Below, piece by piece: positions 1 to 8,837 of a stretch of DNA of 30,229 bases. Both the position numbers and the translations under genes were made by a program. Positions within the stretch are counted from its first letter, which is position 1. The number at the start of each line of letters is the position of its first letter. The notes beneath the pieces are model-generated. The model had not been told where the DNA came from and ran no database searches. It was given only the letters and a program-made list of their open reading frames with translations. Origin of the DNA: Candidatus Eiseniibacteriota bacterium (GTDB lineage Bacteria > Arandabacterota > Arandabacteria > Arandabacterales > Arandabacteraceae); assembly GCA_043810925.1 (NCBI GenBank), contig JBDRNT010000079.1:1-30229 (forward strand), written 5' to 3'.

Positions 1-120
1 GATTTACACTCTGTCGCCGAGGAGGTGAATGCGTCACTGAAGAGCCCTGTGTGGGAAAGCCACCTGCAGGGTTCTGTGAGGGCTCTCATGATAATGAAAC
101 TGGACAGAAGAGAGGAGTAA
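1..120 (+). CDS. possible 3' end of an upstream gene (partial, unidentified)
   Basis: Frame 1 is open from base 1 to TAA at 118-120 (DLHSVAEEVNASLKSPVWESHLQGSVRALMIMKLDRREE*) and ends 5 nt before the Yip1 start. No motif recognised. Confidence 0.3.
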   Translation, partial: DLHSVAEEVNASLKSPVWESHLQGSVRALMIMKLDRREE

Positions 121-125
121 GAATC

Positions 126-827
126 ATGAGTTCTACTCGACAGAGAATCAACAATCTCGGTCTGGTTTTCACCAGTCCCGGTGTTCTGGCCAGGAATATC
201 GCCGAGGACCCGCACTGGCTGATACCGCTGATCATAGTACTGGCGGTCAGTTTTGTGGCGGCCTTTTCAACCCACAGGTACGCGGCGGAATTCGAACGGG
301 CCGGGATGGAAGACTTCCTCAAGCGCAGCGGCAGCACCGATGAGAACATCGATGACATGTTCGGTAGCTCGCTGCGCAACAAAGTGACGGCGGGTGCCAG
401 TGCGGCGGGGTTGTTCGGTGTCGTGCTGCTGATAGCTGCCGCCCTGTACAAGGGGGTTGCTTCCATTGCCGGGGGCAAGATCGGGTTCCGCAGGATGTTC
501 GCCCTTCAGACCCATGCGGCTCTGATTGTCACGCTCGGAGTGCTGGTGAGGCTGCCGATAATACTTGCCAAAGGGAGCATAGATGTCAGGACGGGCATCG
601 CGGCCTTTGCCCCGTCCGTCCCTCTCAGATCGCCTCTCGGGACTCTCCTGTTTCAACTGGACCTGTTTGATATCTGGAGCCTCGTTGCCCTCTCCATCGG
701 CTTCAGCATTCTTGCAGGCCTGAATATAAAGAAGTCTGCAGCTATCATTTTTGGACTGTGGGCCGTATTCGTAGCCCTGCTGGTGGGTCTGGCAGTTCTC
801 CGTACACGGTTCATGGGCGGAGCGTAG
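126..827 (+). CDS. Yip1-family membrane protein (YknW-like accessory of a MacB-type exporter)
   Basis: ATG 126 follows a GAGGAG SD. About five hydrophobic segments. Yip1-like N-terminus 'LVFTSPGVLARNIAEDPHWLIPLII' and later 'DLFDIWSLVALSIG'. Lies upstream of TolC/adaptor/permeases. Confidence 0.8.
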   Translation: MSSTRQRINNLGLVFTSPGVLARNIAEDPHWLIPLIIVLAVSFVAAFSTHRYAAEFERAGMEDFLKRSGSTDENIDDMFGSSLRNKVTAGASAAGLFGVVLLIAAALYKGVASIAGGKIGFRRMFALQTHAALIVTLGVLVRLPIILAKGSIDVRTGIAAFAPSVPLRSPLGTLLFQLDLFDIWSLVALSIGFSILAGLNIKKSAAIIFGLWAVFVALLVGLAVLRTRFMGGA

Positions 828-841
828 GAAGGAGGATGCAG

Positions 842-2140
842 ATGAGATTCGGATCGAAGTCGCTTCCGGTAGTGATTGCGACGCTGTTCGTGAATTTGAC
901 CGCCCTCGGTGCAAAGGCGGATGAGCCACCCCTGAGACTGGATCTCGACAGGTGTGTCGAGATGGCGCTTGAGGTCAATGTATCCGTTCTCCGGGCCGGT
1001 TACGATCTGGACATTGCAAAGAACTCCGTTATCACATCGGCTTCTACGATACTTCCGACAGTCGGTGTTTCGGCCAGCCGCTCAAGCTCACCTGCAGTCG
1101 GAGGGGTGATAATCTCGCCGACATCCAAGCGAAGCTATACGACATCACTCTATTTCCAGGAACAGGTCACCGTCGGTGGTGTGATCGGCGTGTTCGAGTC
1201 GCTTTCAAGCAAACGCGCAAGCGACCACAATCTTCGTCAGGTCCGGCAGGATGTCTCATACGACGCCAAACAGAAATACCTTGAGGTACTCAAGACGGAA
1301 AGACTGATGGCGGTGAGACGGGAAGCTCTCGATTTGAGCCAGCGCCGGCTTGACAAGGCACAGGCACTCGTCGACGTCGGCTCTGCTGTCAAGTCCGATG
1401 TACTCAGGGCACAGGTCGAGGTCAGCAGGAACGAGCTTGAACTGATATCGGCTACGAACGCGCTGAGACTTGCCGAGACCGATCTCAGGCATTTTCTGGC
1501 CATAAGCGATGATGTCGACCTCGAGCTGGAGGACATACTTGAGACCAAAGAGGTTGATTATCCGCTCGAGTATGCGCTTTCTGAAGCAACAAGCAAGCGA
1601 CCGGATATAGGTATCGGCAGCGAGGCTCTCGGCGCGGCAAGGGCTGCGGTCTGGAGAGAGCGCAGCGGCTGGCTTCCCTACCTGTCGATCAACGGCGATT
1701 ACAGGTGGTTTGACACCGAAGCTCCGGACGGTCTGGGCGATGTGTGGGATGATTCCAACTGGTACTGGACGGTCTATGGTGCCGTAGACATCTTTGACGG
1801 TCTTGGGACCTTCAGCCGGGTGAGAAGCGCCAAGGCTTCGAGGAAGTCCGCCGAGCAGGGACTCCTCCAGTTGAGGCGGGATGCGGCACTGGCGGTCAAG
1901 CGCGCCTTCTACAATCTCGAGGAAGCCGGTCAGAGGGTCAAGGTCAGCGGGGAGACCGTCGGCCTTGCCGAGGAGGAGCTGAGACTTGCGGAGGAGAGGT
2001 TCAGACTTGGCGGCGCCACGATGCTCGAGCAGATCGACTCGCAGGTTGCCCTCAGCGAAGCACGGACGTCATACGTTGAAGCCCTTTACGACTACCTGCT
2101 GTCCCAGGCCGAACTGGTGAGAGCCATGGGAAAGGACTGA
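842..2140 (+). CDS. TolC-family outer membrane efflux protein
   Basis: GGAGG at 831-835 favours ATG 842 over the ORF-track start. Signal peptide present. OEP repeats 'LDLDRCVEMALEVN', 'VGSAVKSDVLRAQVE' and 'ERFRLGGATMLEQIDSQ..L'. Confidence 0.92.
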   Translation: MRFGSKSLPVVIATLFVNLTALGAKADEPPLRLDLDRCVEMALEVNVSVLRAGYDLDIAKNSVITSASTILPTVGVSASRSSSPAVGGVIISPTSKRSYTTSLYFQEQVTVGGVIGVFESLSSKRASDHNLRQVRQDVSYDAKQKYLEVLKTERLMAVRREALDLSQRRLDKAQALVDVGSAVKSDVLRAQVEVSRNELELISATNALRLAETDLRHFLAISDDVDLELEDILETKEVDYPLEYALSEATSKRPDIGIGSEALGAARAAVWRERSGWLPYLSINGDYRWFDTEAPDGLGDVWDDSNWYWTVYGAVDIFDGLGTFSRVRSAKASRKSAEQGLLQLRRDAALAVKRAFYNLEEAGQRVKVSGETVGLAEEELRLAEERFRLGGATMLEQIDSQVALSEARTSYVEALYDYLLSQAELVRAMGKD

Positions 2141-2147
2141 TCGCGAG

Positions 2148-3344
2148 ATGAAGAACAAGAAACGCCTGGTGCTGATCGGCCTTGCGGTTGTGATAGTCGT
2201 GGTCGTGATCGTCAATGTGAGACTCTCTTACGAGGCTTCCACCGAAGTTGAGGTTGAAGTGGTGGGGAAGGGAGGCATTGTCGAGAAGGTGTCGGGGCCG
2301 GGAGTCGTGCACGCGGAATCATCGGTCAAGATCAGTTCATCCGTGATGGGCAGAGTGACCAGGCTTGCCGTCAAAGAGGGTGATCCCATCGAGGAGGGCA
2401 GCGTTCTTCTGGAGATCGAATCTTCCCAGTACAGGGCGAGGCTCAATCAGGCCCAGGCGGCGCACAGAGCGGCTCTGGCCAGGTTGGAACAGGCCCGGGC
2501 GGAATCGCTGGATGCGCGGGCCGAAAGCGACCGGAAACGTCGCCTGGCAGAGAACGACCTGGTCTCGAACAGAGATCTCGAAGTCGCCGGGACGGCTCTC
2601 GCGGTGGCCCGGGCCGGCGTTGAGGCTGCCGCGGCGGTTGCGAAGGAAGCCTCGGCGTCCTTGCAGGCGGCTCTTGACGATCTTGAGAAGACAGTAATCA
2701 CCGCACCGATCTCCGGAACCGTTACCAGTCTTAATGTGGAGGAAGGTGAGATAGCGATAACCGGTACCATGAACAACCCCGGTACCGTGCTTATGACAAT
2801 CAGTGACCTTGGCACGATGGAGGTCAGAGCCGAGATCGACGAGACCGATGTCGCCAGGGTATATTCAGGCCAGCAGGTCGAAGTATCGGTGGATGCGTTT
2901 CCGGACACGGTGCTGACCGGGACCGTGTCGGTGATCGGAAGCTCCTCAAGCACGGCCATGTCGGTTGCCTATAGACCTGATGAACGTTCGACCTTCGAGG
3001 TGAGAATAAGGATCGAAGACCGCCTGCCGGGCTTGAGACCCGGTATGACCACCACAGTCGACATTGTTACTGCGACCCGGGACAGTGTTGCAAGTGTTCC
3101 CCTCCAGGCGTTGGTCTTGAGGGAGATCGGTGAGGGGGATGAAAAGTCCGAGCGTGAAGGCATCTTCATTGTCAGAGATGGACGATCGAGATTCACGCCG
3201 GTCCGGACAGGGATCTCGGATGACAAGGACATAGAAGTCCTTTGGGATCTACCGGAGGATACCCGTGTTGTGACCGGACCGTTCAAAGCCCTGCGGGATC
3301 TGGCGGACAGTACCAAGGTGAAAATAACCGAAGAGCGCGAATGA
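2148..3344 (+). CDS. efflux periplasmic adaptor subunit (MacA/HlyD-like MFP)
   Basis: N-terminal membrane anchor. Lipoyl halves 'GRVTRLAVKEGDPIEEG' and 'ITAPISGTVTSLNVEEGE' flank an Ala-rich hairpin. Also 'IDETDVARV..GQ' and 'LRPGMT'. Confidence 0.93.
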   Translation: MKNKKRLVLIGLAVVIVVVVIVNVRLSYEASTEVEVEVVGKGGIVEKVSGPGVVHAESSVKISSSVMGRVTRLAVKEGDPIEEGSVLLEIESSQYRARLNQAQAAHRAALARLEQARAESLDARAESDRKRRLAENDLVSNRDLEVAGTALAVARAGVEAAAAVAKEASASLQAALDDLEKTVITAPISGTVTSLNVEEGEIAITGTMNNPGTVLMTISDLGTMEVRAEIDETDVARVYSGQQVEVSVDAFPDTVLTGTVSVIGSSSSTAMSVAYRPDERSTFEVRIRIEDRLPGLRPGMTTTVDIVTATRDSVASVPLQALVLREIGEGDEKSEREGIFIVRDGRSRFTPVRTGISDDKDIEVLWDLPEDTRVVTGPFKALRDLADSTKVKITEERE

Positions 3345-4561
3345 CCTTCCTTGATCTTGTTCAGATATCCACCACTGCACTTCTCAGACATAAGATACGC
3401 TCCGTCCTGACTCTTCTGGGCATTGTAATAGGGATAGTCTCGGTTGCCGCAGTCATGTCGGTTGTCGGCGGCATTGATACATATGTTGCGGAGCTGCTGG
3501 GGAGCATCGGCTCCCAGGGGTTCGTTATCAATAAACTTGGTATGCCGGGCAGCGAGGAAGAGTACCTCAAGGCCCTCAGGAGAAAGCCGATCCCGCCGTC
3601 AATCGCTGAGACGATCAAGAAGGAGTGCCCGTCGGTTTCACATGCCGCACCGTTCGTGAGTACGTCCTCCGACGTCAAGCATCACAGGCAGAGTGCTGAA
3701 GACGTCCGGATAGAGGGGACCACCGGTGATGCGCAATACATGACCGAAATCGGCCTGGAGAATGGCAGATACTTCACACCCTATGAGGTACAGCATGCAA
3801 GGTCGGTCTGCATCATCGGGGCCGACATCGCAGAAAAGGTGTTTCCCGGCCGCGACCCGATCGGCAAGCATCTCTACATAAAGGGACACAGGTACACCGT
3901 CATCGGCTCGCACGCGAGAATGGGGACGGTGCTGGGGATGTCACAGGACTCGTTTGTCCGGATCCCCTTCACCGCCTTCCAGAGGATGTTCGGCAGGGGT
4001 CACGGGACCAACATATCGGTTCGAAGCAAGAGCCCTGAATCAGTCCGGGATGCCATCCGGGAAGCGCGCGGTGTGATGAGGAAAATCAGGAAGCTCCGCC
4101 TGGGGGATGATGACGATTTCGGAATCCTCACCTCGGAAGCATTGATGGAAATATGGAGAAGACTGTCCGCCAGCATATTCCTTGCGAGCATAGGTGTGGG
4201 GAGCATTTCACTTCTGGTCGGCGGAATAGGAATCATGAACATAATGTTCGTTTCCGTTAAGGAAAGGACAAATGAGATCGGCATCAGAAAAGCGACGGGT
4301 GCGACGCGCAGACAGATCATGGCCCAGTTTTTGACCGAGTCTGCGCTGTTGTGTCTGATTGGCGGGGCCGTCGGTGTAGGTATCGGCGTAGGTGGATCAA
4401 AGCTCCTGTCCTGGAAAACCAGTGTGCCGGTGTCGGCAGAGTGGTGGTCCATCGGATTGCCGCTTGCCGTGGCGATCGGCGTCGGTCTGTTCTTCGGCGT
4501 TTATCCTGCCGTCAAGGCCGCATCGCTTGATCCTGTCGATGCCCTGAGGTACAACCAATGA
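3341..4561 (+). CDS. MacB/FtsX-family ABC transporter permease
   Basis: ATG 3341 overlaps the upstream stop (ATGA). Motifs 'HKIRSVLTLLGIVIGI', 'LLVGGIGIMNIMFVSVKERTNEIGIRKATGA' and 'FFGVYPAVKAASLDPVDALRY'. No nucleotide-binding domain. Confidence 0.95.
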   Translation: MTFLDLVQISTTALLRHKIRSVLTLLGIVIGIVSVAAVMSVVGGIDTYVAELLGSIGSQGFVINKLGMPGSEEEYLKALRRKPIPPSIAETIKKECPSVSHAAPFVSTSSDVKHHRQSAEDVRIEGTTGDAQYMTEIGLENGRYFTPYEVQHARSVCIIGADIAEKVFPGRDPIGKHLYIKGHRYTVIGSHARMGTVLGMSQDSFVRIPFTAFQRMFGRGHGTNISVRSKSPESVRDAIREARGVMRKIRKLRLGDDDDFGILTSEALMEIWRRLSASIFLASIGVGSISLLVGGIGIMNIMFVSVKERTNEIGIRKATGATRRQIMAQFLTESALLCLIGGAVGVGIGVGGSKLLSWKTSVPVSAEWWSIGLPLAVAIGVGLFFGVYPAVKAASLDPVDALRYNQ

Positions 4562-5769
4562 GATGGCTGACTGAGACCGTGCGAATCGCCGTTATGTCGC
4601 TCAGGACCAACAAAATGCGGACAGTCCTGACCGTCATCGGTGTGATCATCGGCATTGGCACGATTATCGGCATGCTGTCCCTGATAAACGGCATCAATGA
4701 GTCGGTGATGGAGGAATTCAGACGGCTGGGTCCGGATGTCATGTACATTACAAGAGATGAACCGGGGCTTCAGGTGGGTCCCAGCCGGAGAGATACAAAG
4801 GAGATCCTCTTAGGCGAGGTGGAGGAGCTGGGACGACGCTGCGAGTCTGTTGATGAGATCTCGCTCATCGCGGACAGGAGGGCCAACGTGGGTTACAGGG
4901 GGCGGCGGAGCGGCATGATGACCATCAGGGGAGTGCTGGCCGACTACGGGGAAATAGGCAAGGTGGTGATAGAACAGGGCAGGTTCTTCAGCCCGGCGGA
5001 GGGCCGGCGCTCGAGGGTATGTGTCCTTGGCAGCGGGGTCGTGAAAACGCTGTTCGGCAGGGTGTCACCACTTGACAAGCAGGTCGACATTGAAGGCAGG
5101 TCGTTCCGGGTGATCGGGACACTTGAAGAAACCGGCACGGTCTTCGGTGAGAGCAGCGATGACATGGTTATGCTCTCCTACACCTGGTGCCGGAGACTCT
5201 TCGGGGAGAGCAGGGACGACTATGCCATGGCGCTTCCCGCCGCGGGATCCGGGGTCGATGACGCTGTAGATGACATCAGGATCACGCTCAGAGGCATCCG
5301 GCAGTTGACTCCCGGTGAGGAGGATGACTTCGCTGTATCGACGCAGGAGTCCCTGCTGGATACTTATAAGCAGTTGACAGGCACCATCTACTGGGTTATG
5401 AGAATAGTAGCTTCAATCGCACTGCTTGTCAGCGGTGTCGGTATCATGAATATCATGTTTGTTGTCGTGATGGAGAGGACACGGGAGATAGGATTGCGGA
5501 AGGCCGTGGGAGCTCCCAGAATGGCGATCGCAGGTCAGTTTCTTGTCGAGGCGGTGGTTCTGACACTGCTTGGAGGTCTGATCGGTATCGCTCTCGGTTT
5601 CCTTATCAGCATTGCTGTTTCCACCCTGACTCCTCTTCCTGCGACGGTTCCCTTCTGGGCCGTGCCGGTCTCGCTGGGAATCTGCTGTGCGGTCGGCATC
5701 TTTTTCGGACTCTACCCGGCCGTGAGAGCGTCCGGGCTGGATCCCGTGAGGGCCCTGAGGTATGAATAG
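4558..5769 (+). CDS. MacB/FtsX-family ABC transporter permease (second paralog)
   Basis: ATGA overlap. Motifs 'NKMRTVLTVIGVIIGI', 'GVGIMNIMFVVVMERTREIGLRKAVGA' and 'GLYPAVRASGLDPVRALRYE'. No nucleotide-binding domain. Confidence 0.95.
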   Translation: MRWLTETVRIAVMSLRTNKMRTVLTVIGVIIGIGTIIGMLSLINGINESVMEEFRRLGPDVMYITRDEPGLQVGPSRRDTKEILLGEVEELGRRCESVDEISLIADRRANVGYRGRRSGMMTIRGVLADYGEIGKVVIEQGRFFSPAEGRRSRVCVLGSGVVKTLFGRVSPLDKQVDIEGRSFRVIGTLEETGTVFGESSDDMVMLSYTWCRRLFGESRDDYAMALPAAGSGVDDAVDDIRITLRGIRQLTPGEEDDFAVSTQESLLDTYKQLTGTIYWVMRIVASIALLVSGVGIMNIMFVVVMERTREIGLRKAVGAPRMAIAGQFLVEAVVLTLLGGLIGIALGFLISIAVSTLTPLPATVPFWAVPVSLGICCAVGIFFGLYPAVRASGLDPVRALRYE

Positions 5770-7027
5770 AACCATACTGAATGTGTCGGCCCTCTTTGCC
5801 CTGCTGGTTGTCTGCATGGTCCCTGCCCCCTCCCGTGGAGCCGGGTTCGGAGTGCTTCCGGCTTGCTCGCAGTGGGCGCCCTATTTCTGCGCCGACGCAG
5901 CGTATTTTCTTGATGGCAACACGTATATGCTCGAAGTCTACTTCCGGGTCTGTAATGAGGGCCTCCAGTTCGTGAGAGAAGACGATGGTTACAGGGCAAG
6001 TGCAGACGTCGCAATTGTGGTTAAGGACGACAAGAACCGGCAGGTGACGGGTGACACCTACCGTATCAGGCTTAAGGCGGCAAAGTATCCGGAGACGACT
6101 TCGGTTGATTCATGTGAGGCCAGATCCGTGTCTTTCAGGGCGCGGCCGGGAGACTTTGAAATGATTGTGACAGTGCGGGATGGGGATTCGGGAAGGAAAG
6201 GCAAGGTTGCAGCCGCCATCAAGATACCATCGCTTGACAGGCGCCCCACGCTGAGCGATGTGTGTCTCTTATACCGGGATGACGCGAGCCAGGGCGTGAG
6301 GTGGGAGGGATTCAGACCAAACGTCATCAGACGCTACGGTGCTTCCACAGGAGGCATCGCTTTCTACTATGAGGTGTATCACGGTGAGGGGGAAGACACT
6401 GTGACTGTCGTTCAGGAGGTCTTTGAGGTGGGTGGTGCCAGCGCTTACCGGCGATCGAGTGTCGTCGTGGGAGAGGGCACGACCGTGCACATCGGAGACC
6501 TGTCCCTGGATTCGCTTTCAAATGGCCGGCATGTGCTGACGGTATCGATCACAGGGGGGGACGGCAAACCTGTTGTTTCACGGTCAAAGGAGTTTGAGGT
6601 CAGGACCACGAGTTTCTACTTCGGGAAAGATGCTGAAGAGGCCGCGGAGATATTGACCTACATCGCGAGTAGCAGCATGATAGATCAGTTCCTCGAGGCC
6701 GGTGTGGACGAGAGGAAGCGGATATGGGAGCAATTCTGGAGAGAAAAGGACCCCACGCCGGGGACACCCAAGAATGAGTTCTATGATGAGCACATGAGGC
6801 GTTTTAGATATGCCAATGAGCACTTCTTTACATCGTTGACAGAGGGTTGGAGGACTGACAGGGGGAACATTTACATCATGTACGGTCAGCCCGATGAGAT
6901 CACGGAATATCCCATGGAAATAGGAAGAAACCCCACGGAGGTCTGGCACTACATCAGCAAGGGGAGGCGCTTCGTCTTTGTGGATGAGACGGGTTTTGGT
7001 GATTATGTTCTCGTCCCCGGACTGTAG
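5762..7027 (+). CDS. GWxTD domain-containing exported protein
   Basis: Signal peptide. C-terminal signature 'FWREKDPTPGTPKNEFYDEHMRRFRYANEHF...EGWRTDRGNIYIMYGQPDEI...EVWHY...FVFVDETGFGDY'. Confidence 0.92.
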   Translation: MNRTILNVSALFALLVVCMVPAPSRGAGFGVLPACSQWAPYFCADAAYFLDGNTYMLEVYFRVCNEGLQFVREDDGYRASADVAIVVKDDKNRQVTGDTYRIRLKAAKYPETTSVDSCEARSVSFRARPGDFEMIVTVRDGDSGRKGKVAAAIKIPSLDRRPTLSDVCLLYRDDASQGVRWEGFRPNVIRRYGASTGGIAFYYEVYHGEGEDTVTVVQEVFEVGGASAYRRSSVVVGEGTTVHIGDLSLDSLSNGRHVLTVSITGGDGKPVVSRSKEFEVRTTSFYFGKDAEEAAEILTYIASSSMIDQFLEAGVDERKRIWEQFWREKDPTPGTPKNEFYDEHMRRFRYANEHFFTSLTEGWRTDRGNIYIMYGQPDEITEYPMEIGRNPTEVWHYISKGRRFVFVDETGFGDYVLVPGL

Positions 7028-7042
7028 CGGTGGATCCGGTAG

Positions 7043-7807
7043 ATGGCAGTAGTGTGTCGTGCGGTAGCCGGTTTGAGATCAAGTCCCAGCAATCATTCTG
7101 ATCTGCTGACCCAGGAGATTTTCGGTAGAAGCCTTCAGGTCGAATCAGTCAGCGATGACTGGGCGCAGTGTACCCTGGCCGACGGTTACAGAGGCTGGCT
7201 GCCGCTTAAGTCGATATCCGCAGACAGACCATGTGTCCCGACCCACATTGCCGTAAAACGTTTTACGAGGATCAGCTCCAGCGGCCATACCGACTTCCTG
7301 GTTCCAATGGGGAGTCTGGTGAGGGCCGTACAAAGATCGGGGAGTGATTACCTGCTCGACCTTCCGGATGGGAAGCGTGGCAGGGTAAGCCGCGACGATG
7401 TCAGCGGGATTACCACTCTCCCGTGGAGTGCCGGGCGATTCAGGTCACTCATCAGGGAGGTAACGGGCACTCCGTACCTCTGGGGAGGCAAGAGCACCTT
7501 CGGATTCGATTGCTCCGGTCTGGTCCAGTTTGCATTCGGGTTTTTCGGCATCGACCTGCCGCGGGATTCGGGCGATCAAGCGAAAGCGGGCACCGCGATC
7601 AAGGATCTTGACGGTCTCGGCAAGTATGACCTGGTGTTCTTCGGTGACAAGGGCAGGATCGATCATGTAGCAGTTCATCTGGGCAGGTTGAAGATACTCC
7701 ACGCATCGGGCTGCGTGCGGGCCGAGTCACTCAAGCGGGGCTCGCGTCTCTTCAGGTCCGATCTTCTTGCAACGCTCCGGTGCATGAGAAGGGTCTGGCA
7801 TGTTTAA
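7043..7807 (+). CDS. SH3 + NlpC/P60 (C40) peptidase, YkfC/dipeptidyl-peptidase VI-like
   Basis: 'GTPYLWGGKSTFGFDCSGLVQ' (catalytic Cys), 'LPRDS', 'DLVFF', 'HVA' and 'ILHAS'. SH3-like N-terminal region 'DGYRGWL'. No evident signal peptide. Confidence 0.9.
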   Translation: MAVVCRAVAGLRSSPSNHSDLLTQEIFGRSLQVESVSDDWAQCTLADGYRGWLPLKSISADRPCVPTHIAVKRFTRISSSGHTDFLVPMGSLVRAVQRSGSDYLLDLPDGKRGRVSRDDVSGITTLPWSAGRFRSLIREVTGTPYLWGGKSTFGFDCSGLVQFAFGFFGIDLPRDSGDQAKAGTAIKDLDGLGKYDLVFFGDKGRIDHVAVHLGRLKILHASGCVRAESLKRGSRLFRSDLLATLRCMRRVWHV

Positions 7808-8837
7808 GCCGGACAGGCTGGCCATCCTCGCAGAGGGAAAACTCGGACTCCTCACCTCCAAGACGGCGGCCTGCGTCATAAGATACCGGCCTGAACAGGT
7901 CGTCTGCGTAATAGACAGTACCAGACGTGGACTCACCGTCGGTGACGTCCTCGGGTTCGGGGGAGCGATTCCGGTCGTGGGTTCGCTTGAGGAAGCCATG
8001 ACGACGGCCCCGGATTCGCTGTTGATGGGAATCGCACCGAGGGGTGGTGCGCTCCCGCCGGAGTGGCGGCGCACCGTGCTTTCAGCAATTGACCATGGGC
8101 TCAATGTAATCAGCGGACTTCACACCCTGCTTGGTGACGACTCCGAGATAGTTGCTCGAGCAGGTCTCAGCGGCGTCGAGATCTGGGATATCCGCAGACC
8201 GGTTATCCCGGAAGATGTTGCGCAGGGAGAACTCAGGGACAAGAGCGGACTTGTGGTGCTGACGGTGGGGTCCGACTGCCGCAGTGGGAAGATGACGGTC
8301 GCATACGAGCTGGCGCGGGCTCTCAACGCCGAGGGTGTGGATGCAGAGTTCGTTCCTACGGGGCAGACCGGAATCCTGCTGGCAGGATGGGGTGTTGCGG
8401 TCGACAGGCTGCCCGGGGACTTCATGTCGCGGGTGGTCGAGGACCTGACGGTTGAGGCCCTGTCCCGGTCGGCGGTTGCGGTGGTTGAGGGGCAGGGTTC
8501 ACTGGTTCACCCGGCATACTCGGGTGTAACACTGGCCCTTATGCACGGCTGCTACGCCGATGCAATGATACTGTGTCACCAGCCGGGCAAGCATGAGATA
8601 GAAGGCTACGGGATCAGCATCCCGCCGCTGCGCGAGCTCATAGCAATCTATGAACAGGCGTACGCACCGGTCTTTCCGTCGAGGGTGATCGCGGTTGCAC
8701 TCAACACATATGAACTTGACGAAGACGCCGCGACGGCGGCCGTTACTGCAGCCGAAGATGAGACCGGCTTGCCTGCCGCTGATGTCGTGAGATTCGGGTG
8801 CGGCAAGATTCTAAAAGCCACGAAGGAGATGCTGTGA
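7800..8837 (+). CDS. DUF1611 domain protein (DgcN-like putative D-glutamate N-acetyltransferase)
   Basis: 'KTA..VIRY', 'GIAPRGGALP..W', 'ISGLH', P-loop-like 'VGSDCRSGKMT', 'TGQTG' and 'VEGQGSLVHPAYSGVTLALMHG'. Confidence 0.88.
   Translation: MFKPDRLAILAEGKLGLLTSKTAACVIRYRPEQVVCVIDSTRRGLTVGDVLGFGGAIPVVGSLEEAMTTAPDSLLMGIAPRGGALPPEWRRTVLSAIDHGLNVISGLHTLLGDDSEIVARAGLSGVEIWDIRRPVIPEDVAQGELRDKSGLVVLTVGSDCRSGKMTVAYELARALNAEGVDAEFVPTGQTGILLAGWGVAVDRLPGDFMSRVVEDLTVEALSRSAVAVVEGQGSLVHPAYSGVTLALMHGCYADAMILCHQPGKHEIEGYGISIPPLRELIAIYEQAYAPVFPSRVIAVALNTYELDEDAATAAVTAAEDETGLPAADVVRFGCGKILKATKEML

Noticed and set aside
41-87. Hairpin AGAGCCCTG...CAGGGTTCT with an alternative partner AGGGCTCT, as a possible riboswitch or attenuator
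   Set aside because: No U-tract or recognisable aptamer. It lies in a probable coding 3' end and is truncated by the window edge.
51-841. ORF-track starts at 51 and 758 (likewise 3242, 8798, 9949, 14499, 17075, 21540, 22222)
   Set aside because: These extensions overlap neighbouring genes or SD sequences. Downstream starts have better SDs and match family N-termini.
8260-8300. P-loop-like GSDCRSGKMT in DUF1611 as the missing ABC ATPase
   Set aside because: It is a standard DUF1611 motif, with no ABC signature or Q/H-loops.
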